Below, piece after piece: positions 49,141 to 63,244 of a stretch of 64,000 bases of DNA (the first letter of the stretch is position 1; the number at the start of each line of letters is the position of its first letter). The position numbers were made by a program, and so were the translations under genes. The DNA lies in contig JAKMXF010000122.1 of assembly GCA_024704765.1 (NCBI GenBank), positions 62,001-126,000 of the forward strand, given 5' to 3'. This DNA is from Oopsacas minuta (lineage: Eukaryota > Animalia > Porifera). The notes below the pieces were generated by a model. The model saw only the letters and a list, made by a program, of their open reading frames with translations. It did no database searches and was not told the DNA's origin.

Positions 49141-49785
49141 TAGTATCAAAATAGGAAGTCTGTATGCTGAAGTTTGCAAATACGCAGAATGCAAATTTGA
49201 CATGGGTTATACTCAAAATCTTACTGTTTTATTTTAATTGCCCCTTGAGAATAGACGAGATTAGTACTATTTTATGGAGATTTTATGAACTTCTGAATAC
49301 TATCCTGATTTAATAATTATTTTTTAACAATTATTGGGTTATATTGGATATTCATAAATATGGGTTATCCAAGTTATCTACTGTGACTCAAGAATGAGCT
49401 AACTTCTATATTCCATTCTTTTATATTTTGTAGATAAAGATTTAAGGATTTCATTTATTTATGTAAAGACGCTATTTTACTTTCTACCACATAACCAAAA
49501 ATGACATTTAACCAAGTAATGCTTACCAGACACATAATTTGCCACATTCCTGAGAGGTTATATAATAGTGGTTGATAATTTGCTGATCTAAAATATGCTA
49601 TACATTTATTCTGGCAAATATGTGCAGTTATAGCAGTGTAGAATTGATTCAACCTATCCTTACTACCTGAGTATGACTTTTTTGGCGGATTTTGAAATTT
49701 ATCTTCTATATTTTGCAATCCACGTATGTAGTGATTTCCAAGATGCACTGTTTGTGTATTCTTATTAATTTATTTTAGTATAGGG

Positions 49786-50107
49786 CAGTTGTTCTCAACT
49801 TCGGGTTGGCGACCCCATCTTGGGTCGCGATTCATGTTTTTAGGGTTGCCGAAATGTTTTTGAGGTATTTTATTTCACTGACATAATGGCACTTTATCCG
49901 AATCTTTATTTGAAGCTCGATTCTGTTAACTGAACCTCCTACTATTGCCATATTTATGTTATTTTTCACCCATAAATGCCAAACATACTATAATTTATAA
50001 AGCCCTCAGTAACAGGTGTATCGATTCATATTCTCTTTTTGGTAGGGTCGCTCGGGAGTAAACATTGTAAAATGGCTTCGCAAGACATAATAGGTTGAGA
50101 ATCACTG
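49786..50107. mobile_element. hAT-type MITE
   Basis: cagttgttctcaac ... gttgagaatcactg, with subterminal ggcgacccc / gggtcgc. No TSD was recognised. Confidence 0.6.
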
Positions 50108-51013
50108 CTCTAGCCATTCTGGCCTCTTTCTATACTTTGTTCGCCTTTTACGATATGGAACGTTTATTTTTGACTTGCTAGTACAATTTATGCTATATAT
50201 CAAGTGGATCATTTGGATCAGTGAATGTATCAAGAATTGATACATTTACTGAACATATTTGTTTTAAGAACATTTTTCTATACTCTTGATGAGGTTCTTA
50301 TGACAGATTACTACTGTAAGTATCATAGGCGTCGAACTTTTCAGATTTCGGAATAAAGCTAACGGGACCAGGCCCAAGAGGCTTCGAGGTTCATTATGTC
50401 GAAATTCATAATCATACATAGTGCGTCTAGTATAATAAGTCTTAAACATTTAAATTTAGCCAACAAAACTGAACAAAAGCATAAACTATAAGAAGACGCA
50501 ACTATGAAATTGTAACTCTAAATGATCCATTAGTAGTTCTAACAATATACTCTCTATTATTCAAGGACCATGGGAAGTGTTCCAAGCATTTACTATGTGC
50601 CTCTTGTAGCACAAATGGCTCAAAAGCGTTCAAGTACTTTTGGCCAGGGAGTGTAATTACTTTGACTAGGACTAGTGGCTTCCTTGCTAAATGAAAGAAT
50701 AAATAATTAATGGTTTCCGTGGAAAATGTAAGTACAGTTGAACCTCCAAATAGTGAACACCTCTAGTTAGTGAACATGGGTCAGGATTCTGATTACAAAT
50801 CCTTCGGTGTTATAGAAAAGCGTGAAAACTGTATTATTAATTAATGGCTTCCTTGTTAAATGAATTAACCCTGACAAACATAATTAAAACTTCCGAAGTC
50901 TGATAGCCCAAAACCTGACGGGCCCAGGTGGGTTTGGCCCCATCAGTTCCAAATGCTGAGGGGGCCGGTCCTGCCGGCCCCGTCACGGTCGACGCCTATG
51001 GTAAGTATACTTG

Positions 51014-52160
51014 TTACTGATACGAGTCTTTTTGTCTTGACTGGCTCAACCTCTTGAGCTTCAAGTCAACACAAGAATCAATTGTGATTGCAATTGTAGA
51101 TGCCTCTTTTCCATGGCACCAACTTTGAAGAACTTTTGAAAATTTTCTAGTGCCACTACAGCCTCTATATCGGTATTCAGGATAATGGAGAGGTATCCTA
51201 AACATCTTCAATGTGATCACTTTCTAGATCTGTCTCTTTATCATCTTGGGCAGGTTGAATAATTTTTCCCAATATTTGTCTTCCCAATTATAATCTAGGT
51301 TTGTACACACTGGTAGATCCCTATCGCAGTGTACATATTGATCTACGTTACCTCCTTCATAAACGGTCGTGTCAATAATAGTTTGCAGTACTATTAGACA
51401 CTGATATGATTCTAATAATGGATCATCACCACTGTCATCATTTTCGTCTAGTCCATGAGTAATAACACCCATTGAATCATTCAAAATACCAGCACTCTAA
51501 AACATTTAGAGATGGTTTCAGGTTTAACCATCTCATTGGATACCCATTTGATTGCTTGAAGTATGTTGACTGATTTAAACACTTCAGATGCTGTGTCACA
51601 TTCATCTATCTTGTAAGAACATACCTCAGAAACATGCGTCGATAATAAAGTTTAAATTTTGGATTATCCCCCAGATCTAGAGGCTGAAGCTTGGATGTAG
51701 TATTAGCTGGTAGAAAGCAAAAAGCGATTTCTTCTGATCATAATATATAACTGACAACATACTTTATCCATCTTCCCAAAGCATCTTGGATTTTAGATTT
51801 TCAAATGACCACAGGTGTTTCTTTTCTCCAGCTGCCGTGACGATAAGAGCCATGTTAGTCTCTGCATGCATTTTACTTCCTGTATTTCGATTTCCTTTCT
51901 CTATGAATCCACAAGCAGACAAATCCTGCCAGAAATACCAGTTTCATTCGTTTATCAATCCATTAATTTCATTATATTTTGATATGCGCTCATTCTTCCC
52001 AGTGTACACTCGGATGTCTGGAACCTTTTTGAGATACAAAGATATGATAGACTCCTTACCCTTCAGTATTCTGGATATTTATGTCTTCCATATCAAAAAA
52101 TCTTCTCTAAAGGTGCTATTTTATTTCCAGGATTGTTTGCTTGTGTCTTGATTACATCTA
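51014..52160 (-). mobile_element. Degenerate pogo/Tigger transposase remnant
   Basis: KSKIPRC, PANTTSKLQPLDLGIIQNFKLYYR (~51640-51710) and a Tigger-like acidic C-terminus YVHCDRDLPVC. Confidence 0.75.
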
Positions 52161-54433
52161 CTTGCATCTTTAGTGTTAAATAGCTCCTATTCCTCTTTTT
52201 AGTTGAAGTTGATGCCATTTAATAGAGAAATTATTGCTGTCATCAAGTAAGACGAAGTATAATTGAATATTCAAGCCAATATCAAGAAATGATATGATAG
52301 ATATTATTTCACTTTTAATAACTTAGTAATCTATTAGGCACAATTCTATATTAATGGTTATATTCAGTCGAATTCGGGATATTATTGAGGCATTTGATTG
52401 CACTGCCAAAAAGAAAAATAATCCATTATGCTAAATACTGATAGACAGGACCATTGTAGATAGCTTATTTACAACGCTTGACAATAACCACTTAGGTTGC
52501 AAATATTTTCCCAGTAATTAGAGCATGTACTAATCCAGTATTTTGAAAAATCACTAGAAATATACTATAAGGCAAAATATGTCAAACATATATTCAATTG
52601 TTTACACCCTCTGATTGAAAAAAACTTCCGATAAGACAAGCTAACCCGATGTCTATAGCCAAAATATTGCGCTTATGTGTATGGGAATTTCAGATAAACA
52701 ATGTTTACACTGGTTTAACGACAAAAACACCCAGTTGGACATGATAACCCGATTTCGACTGTACTATGTATAAGAATATCACGGAAAGATACTAATTTAG
52801 CTGGAAATCGCGGGATGTTGTATATTGTATTTGAATAGACTACAAAACGCGGGACAATTAGGGATTTAGGCAAGTTTTGGAAGGACATTATCCTCAACAC
52901 ATGTCCGAAAAGCGAGACGTCCCATAAAACGAGAGAGTTGACAAGTATGCTGATTCATGATTCATGAATAAAGCATCATCTCTGAGTCTAATAATTTGAA
53001 AAATAATTATTGCTACAACAATTTAGCTATGGCTACTAGTTTACCTGCTGTTGAGTTGGCGATGTTAGAAATCAAATCGTTTGTAAGAGCTTTCCATTTT
53101 ATAAGGATATTTGGACTCCAGAGGAAGGTGAACATTGTTGCCGTATCTCGAAGGTAATTTTGCATTAACATTTTCAATCGGGAGTTCATTGAATTGCCTT
53201 TTCGGAGGTTGTCATTTCTCAAAGTTTCAAGAACTACTATTTGTATAGGAAAATCAATCTGTGGAATGGGATGGTGCCGTATCTCGGAGTGTTGCCGCTT
53301 CTAGGAGGTGCCGCTTAGGGAAGTTTACCTGTAATTGGCCAGACATTATGGAGGAGTGATCTAGTTCTACACCTGTGAGTTTATTTATGGATATTTGAGT
53401 CAAGTTTTAGTGAAGCCAATTAATGGAGGGTGGTGATAAATTTTGTTCACAAGTCTTGCAGCCTTTTTCTGGCCCTTTCCCTTACTCAATGAAATACTGT
53501 GTTAAATTTTCCCAGCTATAGGGAGTTTCACAATATATTACTGACATCATCTTCAACATCTTTATACAATCCGACCAATTTGTAGCTGGAACGAATGGCT
53601 AACATCATTATAATAATAACATTGTTTGACTTTACTTGACGAATTTCTCACTCCTATCACGACCACAAATTCTCTATGGAGGTAAAGTAAATACTGTATA
53701 TTGAATGAGGTCAATACAACCACTGGAAACATTAAGAGAATCTCGCTAAGCAAAAAATGATAGTCTCGTCTGAGTCAAAGTAGAAAACTATTTGGATTGT
53801 AGTTGAGTCACTGTACACCAAAATTCACTTCAATAATAATATGTATATCGATAGCTAATATTTATTAACATATGATTATAAAATATTAAATTCGATTTTA
53901 CTGCCTTGTGGTACAACTTATTGATTTGATACCTTGTGTCGCCCAGTGCATGATCAATATAATATAGAATCTAAACCTTTTCTTTCTAACGTTTGTACGA
54001 AAGACTTTTCTTGTCTAGCAAAGTATACTGTACACTTAGAATTATAGATAAATTAATAATGATCTAATACTAAGAGTTTGCTTTCTTCCCTCAATCTGTA
54101 CACATTGCATTTTCCGAATATATTCTTTTTCTTTGATGAATTTATGGTCAACTCAGGAGGAGGGTTTTGTCAACGAGGAAGTTGGAAATATTTTGGTATT
54201 CAATGTTTTCCATGTGCAAATATTAATAATAGGGGAATCAAATGTTCATGTAATTATAATAATCTGAAATGGGTATCTATACATCCCAACATACAGTAAA
54301 CATTGTATTTCGCGATATCAGGTTTGACGGTAAATCTCTTATAACGACTATTTTTTCTTGGCCAGTAATCCGCAGCAATATATGAAACTACTTCGGAATT
54401 AGTGATAAATAGGATAACGACCATTTTTACATA

Positions 54434-54668
54434 CCGTAATCGGGGCTACTTTGGCCCACTGGGTTTGCTTTAGCCCAAATATTGAAATTTGCTTACGTAT
54501 CGAATAGATATTGTATTTGTATTCGAAATTGTCTACCGATATTTGAAAATTCGTTAAATATTTGGCAAGTCATATTCAAGTATAATACTGAACCTAATCT
54601 AGTTGCTTTGAAACTTTGATATTTGGGCTAAAGCAAACCCAGTGGACCAAAGTCGCTCCAGTGTACGG
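54434..54668. mobile_element. TA-flanked MITE with ~50-bp TIRs
   Basis: TA|ccgtaatcggggctactttggcccactgggtttgctttagcccaaatat ... atatttgggctaaagcaaacccagtggaccaaagtcgctccagtgtacgg|TA. Confidence 0.75.
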
Positions 54669-55601
54669 TACCCAAATGATTGGGGTTATCTTCAATATTT
54701 ACTGTAATTCAAATATTACAGAAGAATCTAAAATACAAACTCTGTTTTCAGTAATATTGATATTACGAATCCGTTGAAACAGCTCACGTAGACTTTGTTT
54801 TATCGTCTAACGTATCCCTAGTCAAAAATCCACAAGTGAATGTTAGGCTTAAGTATCGTGGCTATGTCTTTATCTATAATTGAAGTTTGTATGTCCATAA
54901 GTGATTGAAGAAACTGAAACACTACATGGCTGATACCTAGCATAAAACTAAGTTGGTATTTACAAAGGAAGTAAATATTTAGTTTTCTTTTCGAAACTAA
55001 GTAAATACTTGACACCACAGAAGGCCATTGAATGTAATTTGGATGTTCCGCGGTTTTCACATACCCAGTATTTAACATCTTGAGATTTCTAATCAAAGTA
55101 TAAATACATCTTTTATGCTTGCTTTATCTTTTATCCTTTCACTTTTAATCTTCTCAATCGAAAATGAAGTCTAGGGAGTAGCCATAGGTTCTTGATATTA
55201 TGATTGTATTATTTACTCAACATTTTAAATAATATATCTATTTTTGTCATAATTTCTTTTAGTAGAAATACATCAATCAGGTGAGGATGCCCAACTTCTA
55301 GATGGGTGAATATGTTATTTATCACAACCACACTCAGGCATTTACATTTGACACATAAAATACATGGCATATTGTTCTTGCTTCGAATTGTCCATACGAC
55401 GATCCCCGCCATTCATTCTATTGGCAAATAATTCGGTTGTGTTCAAACATTTTCCGTTGACTGAATATCTTTGGCCAACCAAATAAATTGCATGCATGCC
55501 AAACCTCCCCGTGATCACTGTAGAGTATTCTGAATTTCCAAGAAATCCATTGAAAAACACAATATCAACCTTTATTTTCACTTATCTCTTTTTTCGTACA
55601 G

Positions 55602-55879
55602 ATTTAGCTGAATTTTTTGATGATGGGTCTAGACAGCCTTTTCCTGGTGTAAAGCAACATCATTCTTTGAAAAACAAAATGCATTCATTCCCAAATCATG
55701 ATGGATTAATGTTTAATTCCAGTGCGTCATCAGTTTCACCTTGTAATCCTTGCACTCGAAGAAATGATGCTACAAATCATCAGATTCAGGGAATTGATCT
55801 CAATTCTGGTGACTCCTTAAAACGTCGACAATCTAAATCACATGGAGCTAAATTTTTTTTCTTCCCATTCTTAAAAAAG
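55602..55879 (+). other. Candidate internal exon of an unidentified multi-exon gene
   Basis: Polypyrimidine tract with cag acceptor, a 278-bp open frame (DLAEFFDDGSRQPF...PFLKK) and an aag|gtatgt donor. No homology was recognised. Confidence 0.35.
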
Positions 55880-56914
55880 GTATGTATCTTTATCACTCAA
55901 TTTTATTGTATTTTTCGCAATAATACTTTACCAGATTAAATGTCGACGAAATCATCAATACGAATTTTGGTTGGTTACAGATATCTGCATCGAAGATCTA
56001 TTCGACTTTAAATATGAGATTAATTTAACATTAACGGTTTAGAGCTCCAAATGAATAAATTACTTAAATATATGTAAATTATAATCAAATCAATACTATT
56101 TTAAGTCGAATCGATTCTCTATTCAGATATTCGATATCATCTTGAATTTCCTTTCATTTAGGGTTCACATCACCATGTTTTGAAAACAAAACTTTTCTTT
56201 TGTTAACTTTTAGGTGTACATAAAGTAAACAAATTTCAAAATTGAGGTGGAATCATATTTTCAACGACTATACTGGGTAATCGTGTATGCTGAGTCTGAA
56301 TATTGTACACTTCATCAATATTATTAAATCTCAATTGTTGTTTGTCCGTTGACTACCTCAAGGCGCAATGCGCCGAGTTCATCGTGAAGCAACGAGCCGA
56401 AGGCTCGTATTCACATAAAACTTGACAACCTTTTATGTTATGGCAAATCATCTTCCAAACATATAGTAGTGTATTTCGACTTCCCATACCCTGATAACAC
56501 ATTTTGATATGATATCTCTGACAATTATGATTCAATCTTGAAAATGACCATATATTGTATTATTGATGACTGTCCAGTATCCTTGGACACATCCTATCAA
56601 AATGTATTATATTGCAATTGTTCGATATTTTGCATGAAAACATCATTGTATTGATTGATGTTAATTCTAGAGTCGACTAAGCGATATATTGATAATTTGA
56701 CAGAGTTTGAGAATGCGGCATTTTTCACGACATATTCCCGTTTTAACCAATCAGATGACGTTATTTCGACATGGGACTCGTCGGATGATTGAGCTTGTGT
56801 TAATTAATAACTACCAATAATTTATTCGGGCCAGAATACTCCAAGTTTGTATAATTGTAATAAAATTTTTACCTATCAAATTGTATGGACTTCAAGTTAT
56901 CCATGGTTTCGAAT

Positions 56915-57269
56915 TAGTAGATACCGGATATAAGACCACCGGTTATAAGAACCACAACTTGAACGGAATCTTGTATACTACTCTATTTAATTTTACCGGT
57001 TATAAGGACATTTTATGCCGGTTATAAGAAGACTCTTAGTGTAGTACTAAAATTGGTTCTCATTACTTGTATGTTCTTAGAATCGGCAGAATTTATATAG
57101 TAGATATGAGAGTAATTTTCTTTATTATGACTTCTACATCGAAATCTGTTTAAACAAGTGTTTTCATAACCGGCTTCTACTATATACTACATACCGGTTA
57201 TAAGAACATCCCGGATATAAGAACATTAAGTCCAGTTCCCGACGATGTTCTTATACCCGGCATTCACTG
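56915..57269. mobile_element. pogo-type MITE with ccggttataagaac repeats
   Basis: Ends ...cccggcattcactg|TA with repeated ccggttataag units; same family as 62031-62376. Confidence 0.6.
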
Positions 57270-59082
57270 TAGTAGTAAGGCCTTATTTCGAAGGTCACGT
57301 TAACGTATATTGAAAAATGTTATTTATTGCCTTGTTCCTGATGTGTCCAGGTTAATCTCAATACCTCCAAGGGGGAGGGAATAGATGGCACAAACCAGAA
57401 GAATATATATTAGTAGCATGAAATAGATAGCTAGATTTATATGATTCAGATGTTATAGAGAGATTAGAGGATTAGCGGAGTGAGTGTTGGCCGATACGCC
57501 ACATATCGAGGGTAATCATGATGAAATTGAAGTTACCAAAAGATAAGGACGAATAAATAATATCAAAGATGTTTAGATGAGAATCACATACAACTGTGAG
57601 AAATACGAAAAGTAATCTTAATAAAGAGAGCAATAGCACAAGAAGCAACGAATAATGAAGAATGAAGACATAATCCATCTCAATATGCATATTGGTTCTA
57701 GATAAAATGGTATATTCGAATCATTTGCCCGGTTGACGCAACTCACAGTTACTAATATATCTATTTACAAGTCTGGAAAAACAAAAAGTAAATAGGCCCC
57801 AATAACGGACATAATTTTTCTAATACGTAGCACTTTTTACCCAAAAGTAATGGAGAGAACAAACGTACCAATATTTTTCAGAGGATCAATTAGTTCTTCG
57901 AAAATAGATTCAAAATTCAGGAAAATGTAAGACAACTCTGACTCTGATTAAGGAATATTAAATTTCTTTATTCATGGGTTACAGAATCACACACAAAAGA
58001 TATAATTTCTGGATTCACAATACCTATTTCGATTATTTTCAACTATTTCGTGATTGTGCCAACATCACAATAAACATCCACATCTCATCTATATATCTAT
58101 AGATTGTTATCAAAATCAATAATTTAATTAAATTGACTTTGGGCATGAAACAGCAGTAGTTTGAACCAGTCGTGGACCGGGTCATGATTTCCTGACCCAG
58201 TGACCCGGTTTTTCAAAACATTAATTTTCTATATTCATGCGATTTCATAATGATCAGATTTTACTGAGTTTGAATATCCAGGGATTTGGCAATGAAAATC
58301 TAGGGAGATTTGTAGAAGGGGTTGGTAGGTCTGAACAAGGTACAGTGTTTTAAAACATTGTATTAAAATTCATGAAAATGAAACGTCTAATTAATATTGA
58401 CTGAATCTTTATGATTTTACAAACCGATATAATTGAATTATCTATAAGGAAACCGAGTCAAGTTAAAATCAGTGATCCGGTTCAGCCCGAAATTTATTGA
58501 AAATAGTGACCCGCCCGGTCCAAGCCTGGTTTGAACTGAACTTGTTACTAAAATCCATACCTCGTCACTCTTATCCCAATTACAACTTTGAATGATTTCA
58601 GCTCCGAGGAGGCAATGTTTTTAAAATCAATTTCTTACAAACCTCGATATTTGATGTTTTTACATACACATTTGAGAAATGTTTACATTTTTAGTCGTGC
58701 AATTTAAAGAAAAATGAAACCTACTCATTTCAACAAAATAACTACATAAATGTAACAAATTGAAAACACATGTATTCCTTTTCATATACCTCCAACACTA
58801 CTCTTTCGAATCATACTAGTTTCGTTTACAGCGGATCTGTGGAATTAAGTGAAAATTGTGATCAATGTGAACTAGTCTGAATTCTAGGCTAACTTCACAC
58901 TTGTTTACCATTTACATATATCCAAGAATAGCATCATTTCTCGTAGTATTGATATGTCTTTTGATAGTGAGAACTTTCCTTTAATTGAATCTCTTTCTTA
59001 TAGAATTGTAGATTACGTTTTAAGTTGCACAAATAAAGTTTTAAATATTATGAAGAGTTTTTGCTTCACTCATGGCCTACTT

Positions 59083-59356
59083 CAGGTGTGGCCAAACTTT
59101 TCTCCTCGGGCCGGATTGACCTACGACTACGTTCCATGTTCTAGTTTATTCGAGAAACTCTACAAGCTATTTGTAAATAAACAATAATTATACATATTAA
59201 TGAACTATTATTGTTAAATGAGAGCATAATATTGTTTAATGAAATTTCCGAATACGTAAGGAAGAGTAAGACAGTGATCAAATAATTAGAGCACTCAAAT
59301 ATCTTATGCCATGCGGGTCGGATCCGGTCCGAGGGGCCGTAGTTTTCCCATCCCTA
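59083..59356. mobile_element. hAT MITE
   Basis: caggtgtggccaaact ... agttttcccatcccta, with a perfect 8-bp TSD GCCTACTT (59075-82, 59357-64). Confidence 0.8.
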
Positions 59357-60694
59357 GCCTACTTCATACATAGAAGTGGATGTCACCGAGAATATCAAAA
59401 ACATAGAGGCTTATATAGTGTTGAATTTTAGACAAACTAACGCTCTTATCATTTGCCAATTATCCTTCCTCGGGCAGCGATTCCCAACCCAGGGTCCATG
59501 GAGCCCTTGGTAGTCCACGGACGATAGCAGGGGATCCAACGGTATCTGTTACAGTCTATGTTAGAGGTTCCACAGGATATGTTAAAGTCGGATAGGGCGT
59601 CAACGGCTGAATGAAGTAAGGAACCACTGTCCTAGGGGTTTCAGCAAATGAGGAATTAATTGAGACTACTTAGCAAGTTCTTACAACCATCCTACATATG
59701 GTTTAGGCTCATTTAAGAGATTACGTCAGGAATTTAAAAACCTTGTTCCAATGTATAGACAGTTTTATAAATATTAATATTTAATAATATTTTATGTAGT
59801 AATGCATGGAATGGTTAATTTTCTTTATGCTCAAATGTTCAAGAAGTTCAAAATAGTTTATGGAAAAATTATATTTTTTATCATTTGAAAATCCTGAGAA
59901 ATTTGTGTTTTAGAATTTAAGAAAGTATATCCTGAATATTTATCCGCTATTTTGAACTGAAGCAATTATTGTAACAAACTAAACGAATTAAATATTTCTA
60001 ATAATAATTTGGTAAACGATTAGAGTCAACTCCGCTTAATTTTGACAAATTTCTAGCAACGGAATCATCTCCATTCAAGACAATAGTACATGTTTTCGGT
60101 GTATCGGGACAAACTCTTGCAATTCAGTGACAATTAGTAACTAAAATTACTCTTGATTTTGGAAATTCTAAGAAGCTAGGTGCATTTGCAAATGTCTATA
60201 ATTATTGGCTAAATTTGATCAAATCCATTGTAATAAATTCTTCATATGCGGAAACTTCTATTAAGTATAGTTTGCAAACAGTAAGAGCGTTAGCTTGTCT
60301 AAAAATTTACAAACTTAATCGGTCTTCTTGGTGACATCCACGGTCGTTAATTTTGTAGGGCATGCTTAACTTGATCCGCCACGAGTAGTATTTACAATTT
60401 AACTGGGTTTCAAAAGTCACAAGATCGTGAATCCGTATATATTTAGTTATTTAAATAATGATCTGTAATCTAAGGTGGGTGGTCGTTTGTACTGAAATAT
60501 ACTATAATTTGGTACAAATGGTCCCTTGAATTTCAGCAAAATACTTATTAATTTTAACTATATGGAATTGTTAATACCAATCGAAGTCGTCTTTGATCCC
60601 AAAATGTACGAAAATACGCTGAAAGAACCGATCGGAAACATAACCCGTAATAAGTCGACTAAACAATCATGTTGCGAAGGTGAAATTCTTAGTA

Positions 60695-60996
60695 CAGTAG
60701 AACCTCCGAGATCCGGGCAGTGTGGGACCGGAGGGTGCCCGGATCTCGGAAATATCATTAACTCTATGGTAGTTACAACCCATAATATACATATGAGTTC
60801 CCTTAGATATTCGAATTCTGTTATTAATTTACATACGGTATACAAACGTAATCCAATATGAAATATGGTAACTGAAGTCAACGTTAGTATGAGGAGAATT
60901 ATATAAAATGCTGAAATTCTTTTGGACCGATTTAAAATAAGGGTGCCCTTGAGGGAGGTACCCGTATTGAAGGTCCGGATCTCGGAGGTTCGACTG
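60695..60996. mobile_element. Tigger/pogo-type MITE
   Basis: TA|cagtagaacctccgagatccgg ... ccggatctcggaggttcgactg|TA. Confidence 0.8.
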
Positions 60997-61780
60997 TATA
61001 CACTTTCATCGAATTGTACCATGTTGTATAAGGAGAACAAAAATTACTAAGTTAAGTGTAATAACAGAACAAGTAACAAACTATAATTTGACTAGTCAAA
61101 TTGCACTTCATTCCTTGAGTATTAAATACTTCTCAAACTTGTCTGAATTATAATTTTGTACTGGCAAAATGACAAAATGACATTCAATGATAAGTATGAA
61201 TTTTGTAAAATTATGACGTTGGGCAATTGACATATTGAGGTCTATCTATCCAATCTACCTCATGCAAATTATATTTCCGGATTGCCGTGGGATTGGGAAT
61301 CAAAAATCCCCATGGTCATTCATCCATCTTATCGCTAGTTTGATTGGAATTTCTTCATTAAAAATTATCTAAATTTCAAATTGTTGGACAAATGCAACAA
61401 CAATCCATTCTAATAGAGAAAATTTCAGTGAAGAAGAACAAGGATTGTCGATGCCTACTGTATTTATTTTATACATACCCTAGTAATTAGTAAAAGGGAT
61501 CCTGTTCACTGAATTTTAGTTGTATATATTTCTGCTTTCTAAGTACGTACAGTCAATACTCTCATTATCTCGAACACCTATATATCCTCTAATATTGACA
61601 GTTAATATTCGACTTCTATTGTGATATTGTAAGTATTAAGTAGTATCCTGCACGATAATCCTAGAATTCCTTGATTCCTGTTCCCAACACTGCTCGAACT
61701 CAACTATTTTCAATGTCGATGTCTTATCTATTCTTCGGTAAATTCTCCACCCTAGTTAAGAATTTTTATTTTGCTGTTAG

Positions 61781-61956
61781 CAACAAACATTTCCTGCTCT
61801 GTGTTTTTGAATAACATTGCAGTTTCCATTTCTGCTTATTATGCATTTTGCACCCATTTCATCTTTGGAGAACTCTCGACTATTTTTCCCCCTATATCAG
61901 GGATTGAATTTTTTCCAAACCATGACCCAACTTTCCAACTATTACACCCCATGAAG
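61781..61956 (+). other. Candidate internal exon of an unidentified gene
   Basis: ttttgctgttag acceptor, open frame TNISCSVFLNN...LLHPMK and an aag|gtaaac donor. Confidence 0.3.
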
Positions 61957-62030
61957 GTAAACTTGTTTAAAATTTATATGTACTCACTGATAATATAATA
62001 CTTTGTGAGTGTACTACATCTATCTTACTA

Positions 62031-62376
62031 CAGTGGATGCCGGTGATAAGACTACCTATTATAAATACTTCATTTATACTGATTTGGATGTCGGAACAAT
62101 ATAATGGAATTCTGTTCACATGTTTACTGCTGTTTATGTCAATTCTACAAACTTACTAGTAATATGAACCAATTAGACTATCACTTTAAGTTTGTTCTTA
62201 TACCCGGAATAATTTTTGCAATCATTTTTCCATTAACATGTTTTTATATGCGCCATGTTCTTATAACCGGAATGGAATGTTCATATATCCTGTAAAATTC
62301 CATGGATTAAATCCAAAGTTTCAGTCAATCAATTTAAGGTTCATATAACTGGTTTTATTATATTCGGAATCTACTG
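62031..62376. mobile_element. pogo-type MITE
   Basis: TA|cagtggatgccgg ... cggaatctactg|TA, with internal cttataaccgg repeats. Confidence 0.65.
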
Positions 62377-62948
62377 TAAAGTCACATGATCATACAAGAA
62401 TTACCCTGTGTAATTTTTGATGTTGTTTTCATTAATTTGTGTTTCAATTCTCGGCTGTGTTACTACTAAGCAGTAGCGTAGAACCGTTTCAGTATCGACC
62501 CAATATCTAGACTATTTTTTATTATTTGAATGCCAGAAAACTACATTCACTAATATTTTGTTGGAAATGACATGGGTAACTATAGGGCAATAATACAATC
62601 AACATCCGGTAACTCAAACATTCGTTTCCTGAACGAATGTTCACTTCCCTTAGTTGTACTCCTAATACTTATCGCATCTATTACTTCGAAAATTCGATTT
62701 TTCGAATTGATTTTCAAGGTTCAGGCTTCCATATTAACTCTATAGTATATCAATTTAATTTTGTATATTTCACTTTTGAAAAGATCCCAAAAATGTTATT
62801 ATTCGGGTAATTTGAGCTCTTTATCATTTGAAAGGTTGTCGAATGGTATAAAGCGCTCTTCTGATACTACATGACCATAAGAGCCGAGATATTTAATTTG
62901 GGTAGATTTCTTAGTAAAACTCTAACGAATTTGTCAATATTCCGGCAC

Positions 62949-63244
62949 CAGTGGCGTAGCCTGGTATTTTACGGTGGTGCACTGCAGTGGGAGTAGTGGT
63001 GAATTGAATTGGACAACTAAGTAATTATTTGTCACCGAGCTCTACAAATTCATTTATTTTACCGTAGATTGTTTCAAATCTGAAACCATTAAAGATTAAA
63101 TTTATTGTATATGCGGTACCATTTTGCTGTTTTCTCCCTACATTAGTCTAAAAAAGTGGAAATGATCCACACCATACAAGGTGGTGCGTAGGACTTTCTC
63201 TGTGGTGCTGTACACCACCCCGCATCGCCTTGGCTACGCTTCTG
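62949..63244. mobile_element. hAT MITE
   Basis: cagtggcgtagcc ... ggctacgcttctg; 8-bp TSD tccggcac / tccagcac. Confidence 0.75.

Noticed and set aside
60526-61040. Overlapping 111-aa and 160-aa ORFs
   Set aside because: They span the Tigger-type MITE at 60695-60996 and have no recognisable domain.
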